DNA from: an uncultured Gammaproteobacteria bacterium
Lineage (GTDB): Bacteria > Pseudomonadota > Gammaproteobacteria > DATFLG01
Length of the DNA stretch: 64,000 nucleotides
Direction: 5' to 3'
Assembly (NCBI GenBank): GCA_963830105.1
Contig: CAWHLH010000003.1
Span: 856,373 to 920,372 of the forward strand
How positions within the stretch are numbered: position 1 is the stretch's first letter; the number at the start of each line of letters is the position of its first letter. Shown here piece after piece: positions 54,923 to 64,000 of this stretch. A program made the translations under genes and the position numbers. The notes beneath the pieces were generated by a model. It was given only the letters and a program-made list of their open reading frames with translations, was not told the origin of the DNA and did not search any database.

Positions 54923-55046
54923 ACACAGATCCCTTGGTTGCAACGGATGTCGGATGGATGCGTCAGCTGGCCGCCAACTGCAATGCCGGTCCCGTGTGGC
55001 CGACCATGGGGACCCGGCAATACCGGCCGCCCGCACGGGCCGGCAG

Positions 55047-55400
55047 TCAGACGAAATAGTCGACGCTGCGGCCCTGGGCCTGCGCGCCCGCCGTACCCAG
55101 GCGGGCGTTGTCCAGGTAGGCGCCCACCGCCCGTTGCGCCTGCAACCCACTGCCGGCCTTGGCCTCGGAGGAGGAACCGCCATTGTAGGTGCGCGACTGA
55201 AACTGGCCCGGGTGACGCCCGTAGAAGCGTTGATTGAGGAGCAGTTCACCCTGCACCGCCTGGCCGGCAACGGGCGGGGGCTGGGCCGGTAAGCTGCGAT
55301 CATAGGACTGTGGCGCCTGCTGCTGGTCCAGCGTGCGGTTCACCCGCTGCGGGTAGCGCCTCCCCGGGGAGACCGGCACTGGCAACCGAGCGATGTCCAT
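55047..55400 (-). CDS. Hypothetical protein (117 aa)
   Basis: ORF filling the recR-hinT gap on the operon strand; ends SVDYFV. Confidence 0.55.
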   Translation of the reverse strand: MDIARLPVPVSPGRRYPQRVNRTLDQQQAPQSYDRSLPAQPPPVAGQAVQGELLLNQRFYGRHPGQFQSRTYNGGSSSEAKAGSGLQAQRAVGAYLDNARLGTAGAQAQGRSVDYFV

Positions 55401-55476
55401 GACCGTGAATCCCTGATGTGGCTATGAGGTCGCGCCCGACCCTCTCAACGAATCGGCGGCACGCGCCGCGCTGCAA

Positions 55477-56075
55477 TCACTGGAATTCACGACGGCCGGT
55501 GAATGCATGGGACAGCGTTCCCCCGTCCACATATTCTAGCTCCCCCCCAGGGGGACACCATGGGCGAGCCGAGTGGCGCGCACGCCCCGTTCCCGGGCCA
55601 TTTCGCCGATGTAATGGGCGGTCGCCTCGCCTTCCACCGTGGGGTTGGTGGCAACAATGACCTCCTTGACCTCGCCGCTGTCCAGGCGTGCGGTCAACGC
55701 ATCCAACCCCAGTTCGTCCGGTCCGATCCCATCCAGGGGCGAGAGGTGCCCCATGAGCACGAAGTACAGCCCGCCAAAGCCGGTGGCCTGCTCCAGAGCC
55801 AGGACGTCCGCCGGGCTTTCCACCACGCACAGCAGGGAGCGGTCCCGGCGTTCGCTCGTGCAGAGCGGGCAAAGCTCGGTTTCGCTGAAGGTGCGGCACT
55901 GGCGGCAATGACCCACATGCTCCATGGCCTGGACCAGCGCCTCGGCCAGCCGGCGTCCTCCCTCGCGGTCGCGCTCCAGCAGGTGATAGGTCATGCGTTG
56001 GGCCGATTTCGGGCCCACACCCGGCAGGCAGCGCAATGCCTCCATGAGACGCTCGATGCGCAACGGCTGGGTCAT
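55477..56075 (-). pseudogene. recR: Recombination mediator RecR, frameshifted at a G7 tract near the 3' end (or sequencing error)
   Basis: [12 protein letters not shown]4 zinc finger, [11 protein letters not shown], then HGVPLGG-S-stop; conserved [15 protein letters not shown] continues in another frame to 55477. Confidence 0.85.
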
Positions 56076-56085
56076 GGCCGTCGGC

Positions 56086-56409
56086 TCAGAACGGCAGCTT
56101 CATGCCCGGCGGCAGACCCAGGCCGGAAGTCAGGGAAGAGAAACGCTCCTGGGTCAGGGCTTCCACCTTGTGCACCGCGTCGTTGACCGCAGCGGCCACC
56201 ATGTCCTCGAGCATGTCCTTGTCGTCGCCCAGCAGGCTGTCGTCCACCGCGATCCTGCGCACCTCATGCTTGCCGGTCATCACCACCTTGACCATGCCGC
56301 CGCCGGACTCGCCGGTCACTTCCAGGGTCGCCAGCTCTTCCTGAGCCTTCTGCAGGTTCTCCTGCATCTGCTGGGCCTGCTTCATGATATTGCCTAGACC
56401 ACCTTTCAT
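56086..56409 (-). CDS. ybaB: YbaB/EbfC nucleoid-associated protein
   Basis: [38 protein letters not shown]. Confidence 0.95.
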   Translation of the reverse strand: MKGGLGNIMKQAQQMQENLQKAQEELATLEVTGESGGGMVKVVMTGKHEVRRIAVDDSLLGDDKDMLEDMVAAAVNDAVHKVEALTQERFSSLTSGLGLPPGMKLPF

Positions 56410-56490
56410 TACCGTATTCCTCTTGCTGTCAATTGGGTGCCGGCAGCGCGGGGCGCCGTGAGACGGTACGCGGACGCCGCCCCGCGGGCC

Positions 56491-58158
56491 TCAGTCCACC
56501 GGATGGATGGAGTCCGCCTGGATACGGGCATCGAAGGTTTCCTGCAGCGCCCGTACGTTGCTGTCGGTTTCGATCGCCTCCACCGCCGCAACCTGGCGCT
56601 CCTGCGCGCGGCGCACCTGCTCCTGAGCCGGCGTTTCCCCGTTCGGCGTGCCCACCTCGATCACCAGCCGGACATCGTGCCCGTAATGTTTCGCGAGCGC
56701 CTGGCGCAGGCGTTCCTCGAGAGCCTCGCTGCGCAGCTGGACCACCGCTGAATCCAGCACCAGCCGGATCCGGTCTCCTTCATGATCACGCAATGTGCAG
56801 TTGGCTGCCAGTTCCCGGACCATACCCTTCAGACCCAGATCGTCCATCAACGCCGGCCACGATGCGTCCCGGACGCTGGCCGGCGGCGTGAACCGCCGGG
56901 ACTCCGGTACAGGCTCGGCCCGGCCCTCGGCCGGTGGGGCGGACCCGGCCTGCGTCACCGCCGCGGACGTTGCAGGGGTCCCGGGAGCCGCTTTGCGGGG
57001 ACCGGACACCGCCGGGGCCGGTTCACGCTCGGCCACTGGAGCCTGCGGCGGCTCCGCACCGGCTGCCGTATCGGCCGGGCGAAACGCCAGCATGCGCAGC
57101 AGCACCATTTCCAGCCCGCCGCGCCCGTCGGGGGCCAGCGGCAGATCCCGGCGGCCGATCAGACCGATCTGGTAGAACAGCTGGGTGTCTTCCGCCGACA
57201 GCTGCCCGGCGAGTTCCATCACCACATCCCGGTCACCCAGGGTATCGTCCACCGCCTCCGGCAGCGTCTGAGCGATGGCCACCCGTTGCAGCATCGACAG
57301 CACATCGACCAGCACGGTCGCGAAATCGGGTACCTGCTCGGCCAGACGGGCAACACCGTCCAGCAGCGCCCGCGCATCGCCCGCCGCCAGCGCACGCAGC
57401 AGCCCGGTCACATGATCCTGCTCGATGGTGCCGAGCATGGCACGCACCTCCGCCTCGCGCACCGCGCCGGCACCATAGGCGATGGCCTGATCCAGCAGAC
57501 TGAGCGCGTCGCGCATGCTGCCATCGGCGGCGCGGGCCAGCTGATGCAGCGCAGCCGGTTCCGCTTCCAGCTTTTCCTTGTCGACGATGCGGGCGAGGTA
57601 ATCGCCAATCAGCGTCAACGGCAGCCGTTTGAGATTGAACTGCAGACAGCGCGACAGGATGGTCACCGGCAGACGCTGAGGATCGGTGGTCGCCAGCAGG
57701 AATTTCACATGGGGCGGGGGCTCTTCCAGAGTCTTGAGCAGGGCATTGAAGCTGTGGGTGGACAGCATGTGCACCTCGTCGATGAGGTACACCTTGTAGC
57801 GCCCACGGGTGGGTGCGTACTGGACGTTTTCGAGCAGCTCGCGGGTATCCTCCACCTTGGTGCGCGACGCCGCATCCACCTCGATGAGGTCGACGAACCG
57901 TCCTTCATCGATTTCCCGACAGGCACTGCACTCACCGCAAGGCTGGGAACTGACGCCGGCGGTCTCGCAGTTCAGGGACTTGGCCAGAATCCGGGCGATG
58001 GTGGTCTTACCCACACCCCGTGTGCCGGTAAACAGGTAGGCGTGGTGGAGACGGTCCCGATCAAGGGAGTTGACCAGCGCGCGCAGCACATGCTCCTGGC
58101 CGACCATTTCGTGGAAATTGCGGGGCCGCCACTTGCGTGCAAGAACTTGATAACTCAT
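56491..58158 (-). CDS. dnaX: DNA polymerase III subunit gamma/tau
   Basis: MSYQVLARKWRP, GTRGVGKTT, IDEVHMLS, TILSRC, GSMRDALSL. Confidence 0.97.
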   Translation of the reverse strand: MSYQVLARKWRPRNFHEMVGQEHVLRALVNSLDRDRLHHAYLFTGTRGVGKTTIARILAKSLNCETAGVSSQPCGECSACREIDEGRFVDLIEVDAASRTKVEDTRELLENVQYAPTRGRYKVYLIDEVHMLSTHSFNALLKTLEEPPPHVKFLLATTDPQRLPVTILSRCLQFNLKRLPLTLIGDYLARIVDKEKLEAEPAALHQLARAADGSMRDALSLLDQAIAYGAGAVREAEVRAMLGTIEQDHVTGLLRALAAGDARALLDGVARLAEQVPDFATVLVDVLSMLQRVAIAQTLPEAVDDTLGDRDVVMELAGQLSAEDTQLFYQIGLIGRRDLPLAPDGRGGLEMVLLRMLAFRPADTAAGAEPPQAPVAEREPAPAVSGPRKAAPGTPATSAAVTQAGSAPPAEGRAEPVPESRRFTPPASVRDASWPALMDDLGLKGMVRELAANCTLRDHEGDRIRLVLDSAVVQLRSEALEERLRQALAKHYGHDVRLVIEVGTPNGETPAQEQVRRAQERQVAAVEAIETDSNVRALQETFDARIQADSIHPVD

Positions 58159-58290
58159 GGGCCTGGGGTCAGCTCGCAGCAGAACTCGGAAGACGGTCTC
58201 CGGGCGTTGCCGGGCCGTCCGCAACCTCGCGGATTATACCCCAGGCCGCCCTCGACCGGGGCGCTCAAAGGGGCATAGCGGAAAACAAGA

Positions 58291-58402
58291 GGCGGCCCGT
58301 ACCAGCCACACCCCGGCGCCCGAGTCCACTGCTGCCGCTGCTCCCTTCCGGGCCTGACGGGGTTCACAGCTTATCGTCGCGAGGGGACCGGCACAAGCCG
58401 CC
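58291..58402 (-). ncRNA. ffs: Signal recognition particle 4.5S RNA
   Basis: Minus strand contains GTCAGGCCCGGAAGGGAGCAGC (SRP domain IV); 5' and 3' ends pair; immediately upstream of dnaX. Confidence 0.92.
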
Positions 58403-58887
58403 ATAACCGGACGCGCAGCGCCAGGCGCTGCCGAATACTGCGAGCGCGACGGACCGCCGGCCGCGCCGTTGAGGGCCGTCCCGGACACCGTCGTCAGAGT
58501 ACGGTGCGCGGCGGGATGCTGTCGGCATCCTGCTGAGACGGCCAGAAGGACATGTCGCCGGCATCAACGAGCGACGGCCCAGCAAACCGGGCGCTAGTAT
58601 GGCGCCCCCGCTCCAGTGGCGTCAATCCACCAGCACGGCTACGCCCACACCTGACGGGACCCGCCGTTGGTTTGCCGGGCCGGGCATCGCGGACAGGGCC
58701 CCCTCGGCGGCAGCGAACACCAAAACCGCCTGCGCGCATCGGATCAGGACCGAGCCCGCCTCAGTGAGAAACTGTTCGCCGCGATATCCCGGAGGGAACG
58801 GTGGTCGGCCGATCGGCGGGGGTTCAGCCGCCAGCTGACATCATCGGCGAATCCGCCCCCGCCTGCCGGGAAGTCCGCCGCGTTGGT

Positions 58888-59787
58888 TCACGCCCTTATC
58901 CAGTCGTAGAATCGCGCCCGATACAGGAGGCGCTTGCGCCCCCCACCATCGTCGAACTCGGAACGGTCGTGCAGCACATTGTTGCTGATCAGCCCCATGC
59001 CGGCGCCCAGCAGCCCCCGCAACACATAGCCGCCATGCCCCGCCATGATGGCGCTGAGACGGCTCAGTGCCGCATTTATGAGTGGTTCGTCCTTCCAGAT
59101 GGCATTGCGCCGACGCGCCGTGTACCGCATATGCAGCCGTCCGGTGGACGGATGCACGCTGAACACCGGCCCGCGGCGCTCGGGACGGGCGATGCCGCCT
59201 GCCTCGATGCCGGGCGGAATGGTGAGCGCATCGGGATCCATCAACGCCCGGATGAAATCGGGGTTTTCCCGGCGCAGCAGAAGGTAGGCCAGTTCATGAT
59301 CCAGCAGGGCGTTCTCGCCGCCACGGGCCGCCGGTTGGCTGCAATGCAGCATCAGGGCGTGGATCTGTCGGTTGCCGGCGTTGTAGTAGCCGTCGGTATG
59401 CCACTGGATGGGACGGTTGGTGTAGGGAATGTAGTTGGCCCGTTGCTTGTCGGCGGCCACCGTCAGCGCGCTCAGGCCGTCGGCGTCGGACAGCCAGTTG
59501 TGATCCAGTCGCGAAAGCCCCAACTGACCTGCCAACGCGAGGGGAACGGTTCGATCGCCATGGGCCGGTCCGGCGTAGATCGCCATGTTCGCCCGGCGGA
59601 CCCGGTCCAGCACGGCCGCGGCCTCATGCCGACTCAGTCGGAACGGGTCCTTGATTTCAACCACCAGTTCCCCGAGACCACGGGGATAGCGGGCCAGCTT
59701 GCCGTCGCTCCAGCGCAGAAACGTGGCATCGTCGTCGAGGTTGAATGGCGATTCGCTGATCGCCGGTGCGGACCCTGCGGAACCCAT
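58888..59787 (-). CDS. TauD/TfdA family Fe(II)/2-oxoglutarate dioxygenase-like protein
   Basis: YIPYT...WHTDGYYN (HxD), GGENALLD, NNVLHDRSEF, RLLYRARF. Confidence 0.8.
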   Translation of the reverse strand: MGSAGSAPAISESPFNLDDDATFLRWSDGKLARYPRGLGELVVEIKDPFRLSRHEAAAVLDRVRRANMAIYAGPAHGDRTVPLALAGQLGLSRLDHNWLSDADGLSALTVAADKQRANYIPYTNRPIQWHTDGYYNAGNRQIHALMLHCSQPAARGGENALLDHELAYLLLRRENPDFIRALMDPDALTIPPGIEAGGIARPERRGPVFSVHPSTGRLHMRYTARRRNAIWKDEPLINAALSRLSAIMAGHGGYVLRGLLGAGMGLISNNVLHDRSEFDDGGGRKRLLYRARFYDWIRA

Positions 59788-60078
59788 GACATTGCTCTCG
59801 CTACCGGGGAACGGAACGTTTCATGATAGACGACCCGCAGGCGAGGCCAATTGATGCAGGTCAACCCCACGCCGGCCCAAGCCACACCACCAAAGGACGG
59901 ACGCACGCGTTGCGCGGGCTGTTCGCCGCACCGGACACGGCGCGGCCATCGACGAGCGCGAAGGTATGTATCGCAAGGATCGCCAATGCCACCGGGCACC
60001 GGTTGCCCAAAAGACTCGCGCCGACAGATCCCCTGTGCCAGACTCTTGCGCCATAGTCGATTGTTGAAGGGGGCCGAC

Positions 60079-60390
60079 ATGACATCCGACGAGTCATCCA
60101 GAGAACTCCAGATCATTCGCGCCATGAAACGCGTGCTGACGGATATCGCCAAAGACACCTATACACCGCCGGGACAGCGCCATCCCCTGTCGGACAAGAC
60201 CATCCTGGGTATTCGCGACTGCTTGAGCCTGATTACCGCCCGGGAAGTCGAGCTGGCCGAAGCGAAGGGCGAGTCCATGGACATGCGACCGCGCTACGCC
60301 GACGATCCCAACCGGCCCGTGGTGGTTCCGCTGAGTCAGATTGGCGGGAAGAAGGGACCCACACCCGGCAAGGACGGCGATTCGCACTAG
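60079..60390 (+). CDS. Conserved hypothetical protein
   Basis: AAGGGG RBS; MKRVLTDIAKDT..PPG.RHPLS...IRDCL.LI..RE.ELA, recalled as a family common in sulfur-oxidizing gammaproteobacteria. Confidence 0.7.
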   Translation: MTSDESSRELQIIRAMKRVLTDIAKDTYTPPGQRHPLSDKTILGIRDCLSLITAREVELAEAKGESMDMRPRYADDPNRPVVVPLSQIGGKKGPTPGKDGDSH

Positions 60391-60776
60391 TGGGGGCGTA
60401 ATACCATGGCAACGATCAAGAAATCGTTAAACCGCATGGGCAAGCTCTTGTCATGGTGAGCTGGCGCAGCGTTTTGCGTCACAACTGAATTTCTGTGGCG
60501 GCGGCCCGACCCCGGGGCCCGATCTCGCCGTCCAGGCACCCCCGCCCCGGAGTCCCTGCAGACTCCCCGCTGCGCACCCTGGCGGCCTGAAACGGCCGTC
60601 TCACGCTCCGCCCCACCCGGCCCCCCAACCGCTTGCACCGCGCCAACATCGATAGCCATGGGGAATGCCCGACCGCGGGCACGCCACAACCGTAGGGAAC
60701 ATCCGCGACCCAAACAGGTCTAGCCATAGGTCAAACGAAAGCTAACCAACACGGCTTCCCTGTAAGGAGATATTCC

Positions 60777-61232
60777 ATGGGGCACGCAGCAACAGCATCC
60801 AACAAGACGTCCACGGCAGCGGGACTGCTGCTGGGACTGGTCCTGTCCTTCGCGGGAACCTGCGCCCAGGCGGCGATCAGCGGCCCCCTGTCCAAGGCCG
60901 TGACCGAGGGCAAACATGTTTTTGTGCACGACACCTTCGGAAGCGGCGGCATGACCTGTGCCGCCTGTCACCGCGCCGCCGGGCTTGGCCCGACCGTCTT
61001 GCCCAACGGCCACAGATTCCCGAACCTCGCCAACGCCGCTGCCATTTTCCCGCGCTACAAAGCACGCGCTCACAAAATCGTGACCCTGGAAGACCAGATC
61101 CGCGGCTGCGTGGCCCGCGGCCTGCGCGGCAAACCGCCGGCCTACGACAGCACGGCCATGCGCTCGCTGGTTGCCTACATAACCTCCCTTTCACAGGGTA
61201 AGGCCATCGACATGGGGGGCAGGCCCAAATAA
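60777..61232 (+). CDS. Secreted monoheme c-type cytochrome, SoxA/TsdA-like domain
   Basis: AAGGAG RBS, signal peptide, CAACH, FPRY, TLEDQIRGC, LVAYITSLSQG. Confidence 0.8.
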   Translation: MGHAATASNKTSTAAGLLLGLVLSFAGTCAQAAISGPLSKAVTEGKHVFVHDTFGSGGMTCAACHRAAGLGPTVLPNGHRFPNLANAAAIFPRYKARAHKIVTLEDQIRGCVARGLRGKPPAYDSTAMRSLVAYITSLSQGKAIDMGGRPK

Positions 61233-61790
61233 CGGGCCGCCGCAATCCCGCCTGTCGCGTACCGGGCGCCAACCGGTGCGCGCCACGCGCTCCGCGCCGC
61301 CGGCAGTTGAAAACCGGGCCCGACGGGACACATGGTGCAAGCGGCACGGACAACTGGTGAGCTTGCCGCAGACGGCGACCACTTGCATTTCAGGGCTGCG
61401 CCACGGCAGCCGAGCCTGCCGACACCACGAGCTGCGACCCCGTACTTCTGAGAGAGCGTCGCTGTCGCCGGTCCGCCGGATTCCATCCATCTTTCATGGA
61501 AACCGCAGCGTTCCACGGCCTGTCCGCTTCCCGTACAGCCCGAGGCACTAACGTCACGCCTCCGTCAAATAGATCGCATCAGCGTCACGCGCGTCGGTAA
61601 AGAACGGGCTCTGCGTTTCGAAGCAGGGTTTACGTCCTTGCTGTTGTCCATCTACTGGAGAATCTCTGATGTCACAGATACGTCAATATCCGTTGGAACA
61701 TTCCGAGGTCAGGCTTGCCAATGCGCGCACGATGGTTCGCCTTTTGGGTTAAACTACGCCCCCGGAAAAACTGCACCCCGGAAGTCAAGC

Positions 61791-62735
61791 ATGCGTGAAC
61801 CGACCATAACCGAAGCCGCCGACGCACAAAGCGCATCCGACCGATACCATACCGTCGAGGGTGAAATGACCCGCACGGTGCGAATCATCGGAATGGGTAT
61901 CGCCGGCATGGTAGTACTGGCAATCGTGCTGGGCGCGTGGCGCGGCGCAACGAGCCCGCTGACCGGCGCCGGCGCTGTCGCCGACGGGCTCATGCTGGCC
62001 GAGGTGGTGTTTGCCGGCGCGCTGATTCTGCTGGGCAGCATCGTCGAAGGGTTCGGGTACGGTCTTTCGTTGGGCACCCGCTGGCCGTACACCCGCAACA
62101 TCGTGATCCTGATGCTGCGCGGCGACCCCGAAGCGGCCCATCGCGTGCTCGCCACAGCCGTCGGTCTGACCGCGGTGGCGCTCGCAGCGCTGCGCCCGGA
62201 ATATATGACGTTCCTCGGCCTGGGTCTTATCGTGATCACCGCACTGTTCGGCATGGGTACGCTGTACGTGCTGGCCGGCCGTGCACCGGCTGCGGTTCAC
62301 GGCACCCACGGAATGCTCGCCTATCTGGTGTTCCTGACCTTTCTTGTCGGAATCGCCCATCCCGGCATGCGCCTGCCGGTCTACCTTGAAGGCACCGTTG
62401 CCCTGCACGCGGTCCTGTTCGCCGTGTTCATGGGCGGAATGGTCACCGGGCAGCGCGGCTTCGGCAGACCCATTGAACCGTTCCTGCACCCCCAACGCGG
62501 CTCGCAGTGGATGTTCGTGGTCCACGGTTTTGCCGCCCTGCTGGTAATCGGCACCCTTGGCTGGCTGAGCGCTGTCTATCCTGTGGCCTTCGCCTTTGCA
62601 CTGCTGCAGGCGGCAGTCGGCTTCTTCTTGTTTCAGGGCGTGAACCTGCGCCCGAAGTCACCGGGCGCTATCGTGGCTTTCCACCAGGTAATGGCCCTGC
62701 TCATCACCACCGCGATCGTACTTCGCTGGCACTGA
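61791..62735 (+). CDS. ctaA: Heme A synthase-like membrane protein (COX15/CtaA family)
   Basis: Multi-TM, GLSLGTRWP, EAAHR, HGTHG, FHQ; directly upstream of heme o synthase; start uncertain. Confidence 0.65.
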   Translation: MREPTITEAADAQSASDRYHTVEGEMTRTVRIIGMGIAGMVVLAIVLGAWRGATSPLTGAGAVADGLMLAEVVFAGALILLGSIVEGFGYGLSLGTRWPYTRNIVILMLRGDPEAAHRVLATAVGLTAVALAALRPEYMTFLGLGLIVITALFGMGTLYVLAGRAPAAVHGTHGMLAYLVFLTFLVGIAHPGMRLPVYLEGTVALHAVLFAVFMGGMVTGQRGFGRPIEPFLHPQRGSQWMFVVHGFAALLVIGTLGWLSAVYPVAFAFALLQAAVGFFLFQGVNLRPKSPGAIVAFHQVMALLITTAIVLRWH

Positions 62736-62868
62736 GCGGTCCGGCCGTATCCGAGCCCCCGCGTGGGGCGCAGACACCACGGCACAGCGGCGGCGTTGCG
62801 CCGCAACGGACAATCGGTAATCTTCACGGCTCGCGTGCCGCGTACCGAGTACGAGACAGACAAACCCA

Positions 62869-63831
62869 ATGACAGAATTCGAACTCGACAACGAACAACA
62901 GGCCGCCGCACTGATCGGCACGGCACCGCCGGGGAACCTGCCCAGTCTGGTCAAAGACCTTCTCACCCTGGCCAAGGCGCGGGTGGTCTCCCTGCTGGTG
63001 TTCACCGCCATGGTAGGCGAGATTCTCGCACCGGATTTCTGGCATCACCTGATCGGCGCCCAAGCGGGCCTGCTAGGCATCGCGTTGGCCGGCGGCGCGG
63101 GCGGCGTGCTGAACCAACTGATCGAACCGGCGCTGGACCAGCACATGCAGCGCACGCGTCGGCGCCCCCTGGCCAATGGCCGTATTCCGCGCGCCGGTGC
63201 GATTGCATACGCGCTTGCGCTGCTATGCGGTTCCGTCGCGGTTCTGTGGCTGTGGACCAATACCACGACCCTGGTGCTGACCCTGCTGGGCACCGTCGGT
63301 TATGGGGTCGTCTACACCCTGTACCTGAAACCCAACACCCCCTGGAATATCGTCTGGGGCGGGCTGGCCGGCGCCCTGCCGCCGCTGATCGGCTGGACCG
63401 CCGTGGGCGGAGCGGTCTCTGCGCTGCCGCTGTCGCTGGTGGCGCTGACCTTCGTGTGGACGCCGGCACACTTCTGGCCGCTGGCGCTATATCTGCGGGA
63501 AGACTATGCCAAGGCCTGCATTCCGATGCTGCCGGTCACCCACGGCGTGGAGCGCACACGCAGGGAGATCGTCAACTACGCCGTGGCGACACTGGCCGTC
63601 AGCCTCCTCCCGGCGCTGCTCGGCGCAGGTGCGCTGTATGGGGCAGTCGCAGCAGCCAGCGGCATCTGGTACCTGCGCATGACGCTGCAACTCAAGCGCA
63701 TGCCCGTGGGCCCTGCGATGGACCGTTACGCACGCCGGGTGTTCGGCGCTTCCATCAGCTATCTTTTTCTGCTCTATGCGACGCTCATTGTCGCTCACCT
63801 TGCCACCATCGCGGGAATCCACTGGACCTGA
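62869..63831 (+). CDS. cyoE: Protoheme IX farnesyltransferase (heme o synthase)
   Basis: LDQHMQRTRRRPL, YTLYLK, GGLAGALPPLIGW, WTPAHFWPLA, DYAKACIPMLP. Confidence 0.92.
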   Translation: MTEFELDNEQQAAALIGTAPPGNLPSLVKDLLTLAKARVVSLLVFTAMVGEILAPDFWHHLIGAQAGLLGIALAGGAGGVLNQLIEPALDQHMQRTRRRPLANGRIPRAGAIAYALALLCGSVAVLWLWTNTTTLVLTLLGTVGYGVVYTLYLKPNTPWNIVWGGLAGALPPLIGWTAVGGAVSALPLSLVALTFVWTPAHFWPLALYLREDYAKACIPMLPVTHGVERTRREIVNYAVATLAVSLLPALLGAGALYGAVAAASGIWYLRMTLQLKRMPVGPAMDRYARRVFGASISYLFLLYATLIVAHLATIAGIHWT

Positions 63832-63943
63832 CCGCCAACGCCGGACAAGGTCAACGGCACGCAACAAGGGGGCGGTGACAACTGACCGCAATTTGCCACC
63901 GACCCCTGCTCCTGCAGTACTCCAAGGCGGGCGTGCCCGCCAA

Positions 63944-64000
63944 CTACGGTTTTATGTAGTCGTAGCCGTGCTGTTCGAGCTGCATGATACGCACCACACC
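63944..64000 (-). CDS. C-terminus of a DsrE-family protein (partial, starts outside the window)
   Basis: Hand translation GVVRIMQLEQHGYDYIKP-stop, similar to the end of the DsrE-like protein at 21658-22161. Confidence 0.6.
   Translation of the reverse strand, partial: GVVRIMQLEQHGYDYIKP

Noticed and set aside
56491-58158. Programmed -1 frameshift site in dnaX
   Set aside because: No A AAA AAG slippery site or long A-run was noticed in the linker region
58403-58887. GC-rich intergenic gap with several short ORFs
   Set aside because: No convincing RBS, motif or recognisable RNA structure

Overview
High-GC (~65% by eye) gammaproteobacterial chromosome segment. It probably comes from a sulfur-oxidizing lineage, given two DsrE-family genes, an RhdA-type rhodanese, a TauD-like gene and a SoxA/TsdA-like cytochrome. 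Most of the window is housekeeping or common accessory content: DUF72-pncA, fpg-like, AcpA-type phosphoesterase, marR-emrAB, mlaA, pmtA-like, a RimK-like ATP-grasp trio, an orphan HlyBD type I secretion pair, a PhoPQ-like system with its boxes, nsrR, HDOD, iscRSU, pgm, ppsR-ppsA, glcDEF, orn, rsgA, hinT, recR (frameshifted), ybaB, dnaX, SRP RNA and ctaA-cyoE. The outstanding feature is a ~9.8 kb locus (44.7-54.6 kb) between rsgA and hinT. It holds two convergent operons, each with a clear sigma54 promoter and an IHF-like site. Together they encode a VpsR-like enhancer-binding protein, a FapF-like outer-membrane barrel, a FapD-like C39 peptidase, FapB/FapE-like small secreted proteins and three tandem paralogous secreted proteins. 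In these three, a Fap-like beta core is split by a very long, regularly patterned glycine-rich insertion (4x20-aa plus 4x21-aa repeats). This looks like a Fap-type functional-amyloid secretion system with an unusual polyglycine-decorated subunit. Two small TIR-bounded, ERIC/MITE-like elements that share an internal motif are also present. All family assignments come from motif recognition only; no database searches were run.
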